A stretch of DNA of 64,000 nucleotides, taken from Patescibacteria group bacterium (GTDB lineage Bacteria; Patescibacteriota; Minisyncoccia; Phycocordibacterales; JACOZG01). Location of the stretch: assembly GCA_038065495.1 (NCBI GenBank), contig JBBTQW010000002.1, positions 261,373 to 325,372 on the forward strand. The letters are read 5' to 3'. Shown one piece after another: positions 38,257 through 46,752 of this stretch; the stretch's first letter is position 1, and each line of letters starts with the position of its first letter. The notes below the pieces were generated by a model. That model was not told the DNA's origin, ran no database searches, and was given only the letters and a program-made list of their open reading frames with translations. The position numbers and the translations under genes are program-made.

Positions 38257-39774
38257 CTAACGTACATTCACACTCAAGCTCGTCCGTGCAGTAAGGCCGG
38301 CGCTATCGGTAACAGTGAAAACTGGTGAGAACGTGCCAGCGCGAGTGTAGTTGTGAGTAAAGGTCGCACTTTGAGTAAACATGGCACTCCGCGCCACCGA
38401 GGCCGAGCTAACGCTGGAGCTATCGCCCCAGTCTACCGTGTAAGTAAGCGCGCTATTTTCCAGATCAGTAGCACTAACCGTCCAAGTGCCAGTGGCGCCA
38501 AGCCCAAGAATCGTTGGCCCAGAGACAGCCGAGATTACCGGTGGCTGATTGGTCTGATTAGCCGTCGTCAAGCGGATCGCTCCGGAGCTCGCCTTGGCCA
38601 AGACCTGGGGCATGGGATTAGGCAAGAGACAACCGCCATAGCATGGCGTGCGGTCAAAGAGCGCAACTTCTATGAGATACTCGCCTGGTCTAACGGTGTC
38701 ACACATGTCGCCCCAGCAGCCGGTGCTTGGCACAGTGATCGTCCAGCTACCATTGCGCGTAAACTCGCCAGCGGCAAAGCGCTTGAGATTAACATTAGTC
38801 GAGCCGAGCAAGTTAAGTTGTAATACAGCGCCAGTTGGGATCTCGCCAGCAATCTGCCAAGTAATCGTCTGACTAGAACCAGCTGCCCAAGAATTGCCAC
38901 CGGTTGGCGCGAGCACCTGCATCGTGGGATTAGGCAAGCTGGTGCCAACTCTAATGTTTAATCTTGAGCTATCGCTTTTCCCAGTCTGATCCGTGACGGT
39001 AAAAATAGCAGTATAAGTGCCGGGATTATTGTAGGTGTGAGTGAAAGTCGCGGTCTGACTCACGCGATCATTCTCATTATTACTCTTCAGCACATTAGCG
39101 GCAGAAATGGTGTCGCCCCAGTCCACACGGTAAGTGAGCGAACTCTTAGCTGGCGCGGTCGCGCGGATTGTCCAAGTGCCAGTCACGCCCGGATTGAGAT
39201 TATTGGGACCAGAAACACTCTGGATGACCGGTGTGCGGTTGTTGCTATTTGTCACGCAAGGGTAGAGCGCTTGCAACTTGGCGCGAGTGAGTGGGCCCAC
39301 GTAGCCAGTCTGGATAATCCCCGACTTGATCTGAAAGTGGATCACGGCCGAAGCGGTAGCCTCACCGAAAACATTTTTATCATCACCAGCAAACTCAAAG
39401 CCAGAAGCGGTGAGCGCCGCGTGCAGATCAACTACGTCCTGGCCGCGTGCGCCAACGCCCAGATTGCGCTCAAAGCGCGAGCAAGATTTTTTATCTTTAT
39501 CATCATTCTTGTCGCTATTCTTAACATCACTCTTATCGATCATCATCGAAGAACTGCGCCACCAACCCCAGCGCGACAAGAGATCCCGCAACACTTGGAA
39601 GCGTGGTGAAGACTTATCGTCGTTATTATCGTTATTTTCTGCCAGCGCTGGTGTAATGAGAAAACTAAAGAGCATCACGCTTAGCAAACCTAAGACGAAA
39701 ATTCGTCGATTCATTTTATTGTTTCTCATATCAATATTGTAAGTTGGTTTAGTAATTTGTTTGTTTTCTATCAT
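38257..39774 (-). CDS. Secreted protein with peptidoglycan-binding domain, two PKD-like repeats and an Ig-like domain
   Basis: 'G..GQDV..LH.AL...FG..T.SAV..FQ...GYVGPLTRAKL'; two 'TY.VDWGD...QSATFTH.Y' modules. Start uncertain (39774, 39728 or 39713). Confidence 0.85.
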   Translation of the reverse strand: MIENKQITKPTYNIDMRNNKMNRRIFVLGLLSVMLFSFLITPALAENNDNNDDKSSPRFQVLRDLLSRWGWWRSSSMMIDKSDVKNSDKNDDKDKKSCSRFERNLGVGARGQDVVDLHAALTASGFEFAGDDKNVFGEATASAVIHFQIKSGIIQTGYVGPLTRAKLQALYPCVTNSNNRTPVIQSVSGPNNLNPGVTGTWTIRATAPAKSSLTYRVDWGDTISAANVLKSNNENDRVSQTATFTHTYNNPGTYTAIFTVTDQTGKSDSSRLNIRVGTSLPNPTMQVLAPTGGNSWAAGSSQTITWQIAGEIPTGAVLQLNLLGSTNVNLKRFAAGEFTRNGSWTITVPSTGCWGDMCDTVRPGEYLIEVALFDRTPCYGGCLLPNPMPQVLAKASSGAIRLTTANQTNQPPVISAVSGPTILGLGATGTWTVSATDLENSALTYTVDWGDSSSVSSASVARSAMFTQSATFTHNYTRAGTFSPVFTVTDSAGLTARTSLSVNVR

Positions 39775-39784
39775 CTTTATTACT

Positions 39785-39810
39785 GACGAGCAAGACGAGA
39801 AAAGGTTACA
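39785..39810 (-). promoter_or_regulatory. ECF-sigma-type promoter TGTAAC-16-CGTC
   Basis: Minus strand tgtaac-cttttctcgtcttgct-cgtc, directly upstream of 38257..39774. Confidence 0.55.
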
Positions 39811-39835
39811 GTTAGCGAACTGGAGTTTTAGAAAT

Positions 39836-39873
39836 AAAAAAACAGCGTGGTCGGGTTTCCCCGAGCACGCTGT
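39836..39873 (-). terminator. Intrinsic terminator of orphan gene 39900..40172
   Basis: Stem acagcgtgctcggg-GAAA-cccgaccacgctgt followed by a T-run on the minus strand. Confidence 0.8.
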
Positions 39874-39899
39874 GAATTTCTTACCGACACTCTTTGATT

Positions 39900-40172
39900 T
39901 CAGAGAGTCTTCGGTAGCTGTGTCGGCGGAAGCAACTTTGGCTCTGGAATAGGAACAATGTAGGCGACCACAGCTTCAAGCTTTGGGTCGATGTCATTCG
40001 AGACATTAACCCTGGCCTGGAACTGACAAACGTCGGAATTAATATGATCACCAAAGGGCTTCCAACCACTTGAGACCAATTCCAGGGCTGCCTGACTACT
40101 ATCGTCATATGGCCCATACATCACCCTTTTCTTAGCTCCCGCTGGTCCTGAAACAACAACAATAGCGAACAT
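39900..40172 (-). CDS. Orphan hypothetical protein (90 aa)
   Basis: SD GAGGAG, promoter TTGACA-16-TATAGT (40250..40277), own terminator. Confidence 0.7.
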   Translation of the reverse strand: MFAIVVVSGPAGAKKRVMYGPYDDSSQAALELVSSGWKPFGDHINSDVCQFQARVNVSNDIDPKLEAVVAYIVPIPEPKLLPPTQLPKTL

Positions 40173-40333
40173 TTTGTCTCCTCTTGAGCATTTTCTGTTA
40201 GACTCTGCTTGCTACACCGCAAGTCAAAGAGCTGCATTCGCCAGCGCCCACTATAGCAGTCTCACAGAATTTGTCAAGTCTTTTTACGTATTTTTAACCC
40301 AAAACAGCCAAAATATGGCCAACTACAGCCACT

Positions 40334-40954
40334 TTACGCACTTCCCACGATTAGCTTAAACAGTCCAAAAACAAGAGATTCGAGAACCGTTGTAGAAGAA
40401 ATCAGAAACAAGAAAATGATCAGAATAATCAGCTGATAGCGTTGCCAGAACGCCTCAAACCAGTGGAACGAAGCCGGCAAAATGGCAAAAAGTACTTTTG
40501 AGCCATCTAGCGGCGCGATGGGCAAGAGATTGAAAACCGCGAGCATAATATTGAGCAAGATGAGCGAAGCGACGAGTGAAACAGCACTAGCCGGCAAGAG
40601 CGCCGCGCGCGCGAGGAGGCCAAAGATGATGGCGATCAACAAGTTGACACCTGGGCCAGCGAGAGCCACGAGCGCCGGCCCCCACTTGCCCGCCCGCAGA
40701 TTGTACGGATTATACGGCACCGGCTTGGCCCAGCCGAAGATGAATCCGCCCGGCAAGAGCCAGAGCACAAAGGGCACGAGCAATGAGCCAATCGGATCGA
40801 TGTGCTTGAGCGGATTGAGCGTGAGCCGGCCAGCCAGGCGCGCCGTGGGGTCGCCGAGCAAATCTGCCACGTAGCCGTGAGCCACCTCGTGCAGAACAAC
40901 AGAAATGACTAAAATCAGGATTAAGAAAACCGGATCAAGAGCAAATGGTTGCAT
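40334..40954 (-). CDS. Site-2 protease family (M50) membrane metalloprotease
   Basis: HEVAH, AGP..N, FNLLPIAPLDG. Confidence 0.93.
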   Translation of the reverse strand: MQPFALDPVFLILILVISVVLHEVAHGYVADLLGDPTARLAGRLTLNPLKHIDPIGSLLVPFVLWLLPGGFIFGWAKPVPYNPYNLRAGKWGPALVALAGPGVNLLIAIIFGLLARAALLPASAVSLVASLILLNIMLAVFNLLPIAPLDGSKVLFAILPASFHWFEAFWQRYQLIILIIFLFLISSTTVLESLVFGLFKLIVGSA

Positions 40955-40986
40955 AATTATCGTTTTGTGCTAACATTCTAGCACTT

Positions 40987-41187
40987 ATGAAAAGTTGTCC
41001 AAGTTGCGAGCGGAGTTCCCACATGGCCGGCGGCTACTCTAACCGCACGCGTGCCACTAAGTTTACGCCTACCGGCAAAGTCCGCAAATATCCCAACATG
41101 CAGTGGGCTGGCCTCCCCACCGGTGGCCGCATCAAGCTCTGCACCAAGTGCATTAAAGCGGGCAAACATCTCACGCTGAAAGTTTAA
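40987..41187 (+). CDS. rpmB: 50S ribosomal protein L28 (zinc-ribbon form)
   Basis: CxxC...R.YPN.Q...LCTKCIK; basic 66-aa protein. Confidence 0.8.
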   Translation: MKSCPSCERSSHMAGGYSNRTRATKFTPTGKVRKYPNMQWAGLPTGGRIKLCTKCIKAGKHLTLKV

Positions 41188-41196
41188 AAAGTAAAA

Positions 41197-42114
41197 TCAA
41201 GACTCCAGAAAAACCGGCTGTAGTGGCTGGTTTTTATTTTTGTCACTAATTTCAAAAACGATTGTGCCAGTTTGATTAGTCTGCAAAGTTTTGATATTTA
41301 AATTCTCGAAAGTGGCGAGAGTGGCTGGATAAGGATGGCCGTAGCGATTATCCGTGCCGACGGAAATTACAGCGTAACTTGGTGAGACTTTTTGCACAAA
41401 GTTTCTGCCCGAAGAAGTTTTGGAACCATGGTGGCCAACTTTGAGAATTATAGCTTCTAGTGATTGCTTATTTTCACTTTCATTTGCGCTGGCGATTAAT
41501 TTGTCTTCCAGATCAGTTTCCATATCGCCCGTGAGCATCGCCAACCCGCGGCCGTTCACAGTCAGCCTAGCCACGACCATGGAGTCGTGAATCTCTTTGG
41601 CACTGCGCCCACGCCAATCCTCGAACGGCGCCAGAATTTCTAAAGCTGCCCCACGCGCCAGACTAATTTTCTCACCACGGAACGCCGGGATAATTGGAAT
41701 TTTCTTTTCTGCCAGCAAGCGATGCCATTCGGCATAAATCGCACTGCTGTAGACGGCACCGGCTTCCATCACCGCGCCCACTTCGTACCGGTTTAGAATT
41801 TCCACCAAGCCCGCGATATGATCCGCGTGCGGATGCGAGACGATTAGCAAATCAAGTGACCGATCAGAGACGGGCATCAACGCTGGTAATCTGGCTAAGA
41901 TTTTCTGATCTGGTCCGCCGTCAATCAAGATCTGATGACCAACCGAATCCTGAATAAAAATTGCATCGCCCTGGCCGATGTCGAGCATCGCGAGCGTCAA
42001 TTTTCCGCCATGCTCGGCCAAAAAAACTGCACGCCAAACAAAAATATTAGCCAGAAATAAAATCAAGACTATCGCCCATTTGATTTTGGTAATTTTTGTT
42101 TTACTAAAAAACAT
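41197..42114 (-). CDS. ComEC/Rec2-type metallo-beta-lactamase-fold nuclease (stand-alone)
   Basis: LDIGQGDA, SHPHADHIAG, LTGD, KVGHHGS, NRYGHP. Confidence 0.92.
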   Translation of the reverse strand: MFFSKTKITKIKWAIVLILFLANIFVWRAVFLAEHGGKLTLAMLDIGQGDAIFIQDSVGHQILIDGGPDQKILARLPALMPVSDRSLDLLIVSHPHADHIAGLVEILNRYEVGAVMEAGAVYSSAIYAEWHRLLAEKKIPIIPAFRGEKISLARGAALEILAPFEDWRGRSAKEIHDSMVVARLTVNGRGLAMLTGDMETDLEDKLIASANESENKQSLEAIILKVGHHGSKTSSGRNFVQKVSPSYAVISVGTDNRYGHPYPATLATFENLNIKTLQTNQTGTIVFEISDKNKNQPLQPVFLES

Positions 42115-42147
42115 TTGACAAATTATAGCATCAGTAATAAGCTGGGT

Positions 42148-42308
42148 CCGACTGGCTGGGAGAAATCAAGTAAGTTTAACCTCCTTTCAGCCCTTGGTTT
42201 CTCACTTCGGTTCTCGCCCCCCGTCGGCGAGGATAGGTGAGGTCCAAACAGCCAGTCGGTGAGCTTGCGAAAGTTGTCTCCGGACAATCGTAACAAGCTC
42301 ATTTTTTT
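42148..42308 (+). ncRNA. Candidate structured ncRNA with anti-SD-containing loop
   Basis: TTGACA(42115)-17-TAAGCT promoter; 11-bp P1 42148-58/42249-59; 11-bp P2 42160-70/42193-203; cUUCGg hairpin; P4; + strand terminator 42260-42308. G.U pairs are valid only on the + strand. Confidence 0.6.
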
Positions 42309-42325
42309 ATAAAATAATTTTGTTC

Positions 42326-43789
42326 TTACTTCTTCTGACGATGGAAATAGTAATAAAATATATAAACCAGAACAGTTAACCAAAGTGGAAAGTAAGCAAT
42401 ATTAACAGAAGCAAACGGAATCTGAGCGGCAAATTTCGCTATTAGCAAATCATAACTAAGTAGTAAATAAGCGAGATAAGTGAATGGCGGGAACGGGAGC
42501 AAGAAAACCACAAAGCCGAGTAGCATGGTGAGTGGCACAAAACCCAAAACTAATAAATTAACCGGCAAAGCGATGAGCGAGAGATTGCCCATCTTGTACA
42601 AGATCCACGGTAGAACAGCTAACTGCGCAGAAAGGGTTGTAGTTGTCGTCTCGCGCAAACCAAATCTCTCGGGTAAAAATGCTAAATATTTTTTGATTAG
42701 CGGCGGTCCGGCGATCACACCAAGAGTGGCGAGGAAGGAAAGTTGGAAGCTGATGTCGGAAATTAAAATTTTCGGCTGGAAGAGGATCATCACAAAGGCG
42801 GCAAGGAAGAGCGCATCGAGTGACTGATAAACGCGACCAGTCGCTCGCGCGAGCAAGGCCACCAGGGCCATGATCGCCGCCCGCACGGCCGTGCTACTCG
42901 CGCCCGTGGCGAGCGTGAAGAGGATCACGCTCGCCCCGCCGGCTAGGATGCCGGCGAGCGGCGGCAAAAAGCTCAAGGCTTTGGCCGTCGCCTCGGCGGC
43001 AATGGTAATGTTGTAGCCGGATAACACAATCAAGTGCGACAAGCCAACAGTGCGGAAGCGTTCGCCCCAGTCCTCGCTCAAGCCTTTCGCCCCAATCGCA
43101 ATGCCAGCGAGGAGCGCGCTCTGCGGCTCGGGCAAACTGGACCCGAGCCGCCGCAAAAATAACTTTTTGAAGCCAAAAAGTTTGGCGCGCGCGCTCACCA
43201 CCCAGCTTTCATCCATGCCAATTTTTTCTATCTTGGGGTTACTGATGAGATAATAAATATCGTCTTTGGCCAGATAATTCTGATAATCAAAGGTTCGGCC
43301 CGCGTCGGTCTCAAAGTTTTCTGGTGCTTCCAGCTTGCCACTCACGCGCAAGCGCTCGCCATAAGCATGGCTCGGATATTTCCCGGCTGACAAAATAATT
43401 TTGCCGCCGGATTTCTTGTTTATTTCATCTGGCAAATCTGGTGAGAAAATTAGCCGCAAGCTGCTCTCGCGCTCGTCCGGCTCGCCCACCACCGTGCCAG
43501 TCAATTCTATTTTTTCACCAATAAACTGATCTAGATATTTCTCTGTTGGACCCAACGCCCGCGTGCCCCACATAGCACTGAGCGCAAAAATTAGCAAAAC
43601 AAAACTGACTAACTTAATTAAATTATTATTTTTCCCAGATTTTCTATACAACCAAAAAACTAAAAATAAAATGCTAGAAATTATTACTAGCAAAAATAAA
43701 ACTGTGAAATCAAAACGCACGAGCGTGCCCGCGCCAATGCCTACAAAAAAGCTCGCAAAAAATAAACTACGCCAGTTCATTCCCGCCAT
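42326..43789 (-). CDS. comEC: Competence protein ComEC (OB/DUF4131 plus membrane channel domain)
   Basis: 'FDYQNYL', 'GLSHLIVLSGYNI', 'RAAIM', 'SFQLSFLAT'. Confidence 0.93.
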   Translation of the reverse strand: MAGMNWRSLFFASFFVGIGAGTLVRFDFTVLFLLVIISSILFLVFWLYRKSGKNNNLIKLVSFVLLIFALSAMWGTRALGPTEKYLDQFIGEKIELTGTVVGEPDERESSLRLIFSPDLPDEINKKSGGKIILSAGKYPSHAYGERLRVSGKLEAPENFETDAGRTFDYQNYLAKDDIYYLISNPKIEKIGMDESWVVSARAKLFGFKKLFLRRLGSSLPEPQSALLAGIAIGAKGLSEDWGERFRTVGLSHLIVLSGYNITIAAEATAKALSFLPPLAGILAGGASVILFTLATGASSTAVRAAIMALVALLARATGRVYQSLDALFLAAFVMILFQPKILISDISFQLSFLATLGVIAGPPLIKKYLAFLPERFGLRETTTTTLSAQLAVLPWILYKMGNLSLIALPVNLLVLGFVPLTMLLGFVVFLLPFPPFTYLAYLLLSYDLLIAKFAAQIPFASVNIAYFPLWLTVLVYIFYYYFHRQKK

Positions 43790-44216
43790 TCATTTCGTCC
43801 ATCGCCTCATTCGCTAATTTATCAGCCAGTTCATTTTCTTCGCGTCTAATGTGCGTAAAAGTGGCACTCGCCAATTTCAAGTAACTAACAATATCTTTCA
43901 CTTCTGTCGCCAGAACTTTCAATCTTGCTTCTTTCACTTTATACTCACCTCGCAATTGCTTCACGACTAATTCGCTATCAAGTTTTATTTCTAAATCTAA
44001 ATCTTTCAGCTCTTCTTTATCTTTGAATAATTCCCAAACCGTTTGCAGACCAAAAATCAGCGCCTGATATTCGGCCTCGTTATTCGTCAAATCTTTCCCG
44101 AGAAACTTCTTCGCAGTTTGGATCACTTCATCAGTGGCATCAAAAATCGCGACGCCCGCACCCGCTGGTCCGGGATTACCGCGCGCGCCACCATCCGTGT
44201 GTAGAATAATTTTCAT
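43767..44216 (-). CDS. rnhA: Ribonuclease HI
   Basis: TDGGARGNPGPAG, TNNEAEY, DSELVVKQ, RREEN..AD.LAN. Confidence 0.93.
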   Translation of the reverse strand: MKIILHTDGGARGNPGPAGAGVAIFDATDEVIQTAKKFLGKDLTNNEAEYQALIFGLQTVWELFKDKEELKDLDLEIKLDSELVVKQLRGEYKVKEARLKVLATEVKDIVSYLKLASATFTHIRREENELADKLANEAMDEMNGGNELA

Positions 44217-44265
44217 GAGTTTAGATTACTTAAACTGTATTGTAAGCGAGAAAGATATTTTAGAC

Positions 44266-44441
44266 AAAAAAAACACTGCTCCCGGGCTGAGGAGCAGTGC
44301 GATTGAAGGTCAGGTTACCCACTATGCGAGCGGCACTTCTCGGCCGAATCACCCATCATCAGTGGCCAAGAGGGGCACGTGCATGCGCTTCAAGCATAAA
44401 CCCTGGGCAAACCTACCGCGTGGAACAAAAGATCGCCGCTC
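44266..44441 (-). ncRNA. Candidate structured ncRNA of about 175 nt between recJ and rnhA
   Basis: TTGACA(44467-72)-16-TATTAT promoter; terminator cactgctcc/ggagcagtg plus T8; extensive pairing with G.U pairs valid only on the minus strand; no credible sense ORF. Confidence 0.55.
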
Positions 44442-44468
44442 AAGATAATAGCGCGAGGAGAAACTTTG

Positions 44469-46130
44469 TCAAGCCGTAATATCCACAATCCGCAACCGCA
44501 ACTCCGGCTGGCGCTTGAAGTAAGATTTTTCTAGTGTCGCCGTGAGATTAATTCTGTTTCCCACTTCTAATTTTACATTTTTAAATTTATCTAAAGCTGT
44601 GAAGAAACCAATCGCGCAGATTATTGCGCCACTACTTTTCTGGAATCCAAGCTCGAGATGAATACCACCGTTGCCGAAAGTCTTAGCCTGCGCGATTTCT
44701 AGATTTGGCAGCGAGAAAACCGGTTTAGGATTGCCCGTCCCAAATGGCGCGAGTTGCTCGAGCAAGTGCCAAGCATATTCGCTCACGTCATCTATCGAGA
44801 TAACGGCATCTGGTTCAACTTGCTCTGGCTTTTTTATTTTCTCTATTTTTTCATAAGCTTTTAGCAATCTTTCTTCTAACTCACCAACTTTCTCTGGCGA
44901 GATTGAGAAACCACCAGCCATCGCATGACCACCGAAAGCGGTGAAAAATTGCTCACCGCCAGCTTCTCTCATTAAATCAACCAGATTCACCGAGCCGTCA
45001 GATCGGCAAGAGCCTTTTATTTCATTCCCATTTGCACCCCACACAAAGACCGGTCGCTGATATTTATTCTCTACCAGCCTGCTCGCACCGAGACCGAGCA
45101 CGCCCGGCGACCAACTCTCATCGCCGATCACAATTACCGCCGGCAAATCAGCTTCAGCAATCGCACTCAATCTGGCTTCGCAAGTCTCCATAATCTTCTC
45201 CACACTCTTCTTACGCTCGCCATTTTTCTTTTCCAAATGTTTCGCCATTTCTTGCGCTTCGGCAATATTGCTTGTAGTGAGGAGAAAAAAAGCTTCAGAG
45301 GCGTGACTCATCCGCCCGGCAGAGTTAATTCTCGGCCCGATCGTAAAGCCGACATCATCTTCGTTCAAGTTCTCTTGCTTCAACTTTGCCGCTGAGAATA
45401 AAGCCCGCAAGCCCGGCCGTCTACTTCTCTGCAACATCAGCAAGCCAAACTTCGCCAGCGCGCGATTTTCGTCGGTCAACGGCACACGATCAGAGATCGT
45501 CGCAATTGCGACTAAATCTAACAGTGTTTTCTCCCAATTTTTATCAAGATTAAACTCGCCACGCCGGATTAGCGCCTGCACGACTTTGAAGATTACGCCC
45601 GAGCCACACAACATTTTATCGGGATAAGTATCTCCCAGCTGTTTCGGATTAATAATCGCGTACGCTTCTGGCAAGGTCTCGGGAGGAAGATGATGATCAG
45701 TAATTATCACATCCAGATTTAACTTATTCGCCAGTTTTACTTCTGTAAAATCAGTAATTCCACAATCGATCGTGATTACCAACTTCGCGCCGTTATCCGC
45801 AAACTCTTGAATACTCTTTTCTGATAAGCCGTAACTTTCCGTATGTCTATTGGGAATATAAACCTCTAGATTTGTATAATTTATTTTTTTGAAAAACTCA
45901 CTCAAGATTACCGCGCCTGGCACGCCGTCAGCATCGTAATCAGAGAAAATTATTATCTTCTCGCTATTTTTTATCGCCAACAAAATTCTCGCAACAACTT
46001 TCTCCATATCTTTTAACAAAAAAGCATCATAAATATCGCGCAAATAGCTTGGCGTGAGAAATTTCTCGCGCTGTTCTGGCGTCTCAATCCCACGCGCGAG
46101 CAAGAGCTGATTTAACAAATCGTCAGACAT
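44469..46130 (-). CDS. recJ: ssDNA-specific exonuclease RecJ
   Basis: DYDADG, TIDCG, TDHH, GPRINSAGR, GSCRS, GGHAMAGG, PFG.GNP.P. Confidence 0.96.
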   Translation of the reverse strand: MSDDLLNQLLLARGIETPEQREKFLTPSYLRDIYDAFLLKDMEKVVARILLAIKNSEKIIIFSDYDADGVPGAVILSEFFKKINYTNLEVYIPNRHTESYGLSEKSIQEFADNGAKLVITIDCGITDFTEVKLANKLNLDVIITDHHLPPETLPEAYAIINPKQLGDTYPDKMLCGSGVIFKVVQALIRRGEFNLDKNWEKTLLDLVAIATISDRVPLTDENRALAKFGLLMLQRSRRPGLRALFSAAKLKQENLNEDDVGFTIGPRINSAGRMSHASEAFFLLTTSNIAEAQEMAKHLEKKNGERKKSVEKIMETCEARLSAIAEADLPAVIVIGDESWSPGVLGLGASRLVENKYQRPVFVWGANGNEIKGSCRSDGSVNLVDLMREAGGEQFFTAFGGHAMAGGFSISPEKVGELEERLLKAYEKIEKIKKPEQVEPDAVISIDDVSEYAWHLLEQLAPFGTGNPKPVFSLPNLEIAQAKTFGNGGIHLELGFQKSSGAIICAIGFFTALDKFKNVKLEVGNRINLTATLEKSYFKRQPELRLRIVDITA

Positions 46131-46163
46131 GAGTTAGCATTATAGCAAATCGCTAAATAGAAC

Positions 46164-46493
46164 ATGGAAAACTGCATTTTTTGTAAAATCGCCAGTAAAC
46201 AGATTCCCGCCGAAATTGTCCATGAAGATGAGAATTTTCTCGCTTTCTTAGACATCAATCCCAAAGGGTCTCACCACACACTCTTGATTCCCAAAGCTCA
46301 CTATCACTGGTTCTACGAATTGCCGGATGAACTTTATGACGAAATGTTCAGAAAAGTGAAAACACTTGTGCCGATTCTTAAAGAAAAAGCCGGGGCTGAT
46401 TATGTAAAACTGGGAATTGTGGGCACCGACGTGCCGCATGTCCACGTCCACCTGATTCCCCGAAAGTTGTCAGAAAAAGATAATGTGATCTAA
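46164..46493 (+). CDS. HIT-family nucleotide hydrolase
   Basis: CIFCKI, FLDINP, HVHVHLIP. Confidence 0.95.
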   Translation: MENCIFCKIASKQIPAEIVHEDENFLAFLDINPKGSHHTLLIPKAHYHWFYELPDELYDEMFRKVKTLVPILKEKAGADYVKLGIVGTDVPHVHVHLIPRKLSEKDNVI

Positions 46494-46566
46494 CAGATGT
46501 TGACAAAAAATCCAACTTGCGCTAGGGTCAGTGCAGTCAGCAAAAGCACAGAAAGCGAGGTTAACT

Positions 46567-46689
46567 ATGAAAAAGCTGTGCTATATGTTCCTTACGGTGT
46601 GTGTCCTGGGCTTTGGCGCCGGTTGTGAGCAGCAGCTCATGACGGCCGAACTGCAGGAGAGCATCACCCGCGCCTTCTTTGGCGGATAG
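46567..46689 (+). CDS. Small putative lipoprotein (40 aa, MKKLCYMFLTVCVLGFGAGCEQQLMTAELQESITRAFFGG)
   Basis: TTGACA(46500)-17-TAGGGT promoter, GAGG SD, signal peptide ending GAG|C, terminator 46712-46752. Confidence 0.65.
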   Translation: MKKLCYMFLTVCVLGFGAGCEQQLMTAELQESITRAFFGG

Positions 46690-46711
46690 ATCCAGCTCCG
46701 CCAGCGCCAAC

Positions 46712-46752
46712 CACCCTCTCGAGCCTAAAAACTTGAGGGGGTGCGTTTTTTT
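46712..46752 (+). terminator. Intrinsic terminator
   Basis: Stem caccctctcgag/cttgagggggtg followed by a T-run. Confidence 0.75.

Noticed and set aside
42123-42383. 86-aa minus-strand ORF between the comEC halves
   Set aside because: It overlaps the comEC end, has no protein-like features, and runs through stems whose G.U pairs and terminator favour a + strand RNA.
44305-44330. AGGTCAGGT resembling SRP RNA domain IV
   Set aside because: It lacks the following CCGGAAGGAAGCAGC hairpin and lies on the strand opposite the inferred transcript.
44356-44362. CUGAUGA suggesting a hammerhead ribozyme
   Set aside because: There is no stem II followed by GAAA and no matching stems I and III around a cleavage triplet.
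44134-44479. + strand ORFs of 104 and 60 aa in the rnhA-recJ gap
   Set aside because: They have no promoter or SD on the + strand and overlap rnhA or recJ antisense; promoter and terminator polarity is minus.
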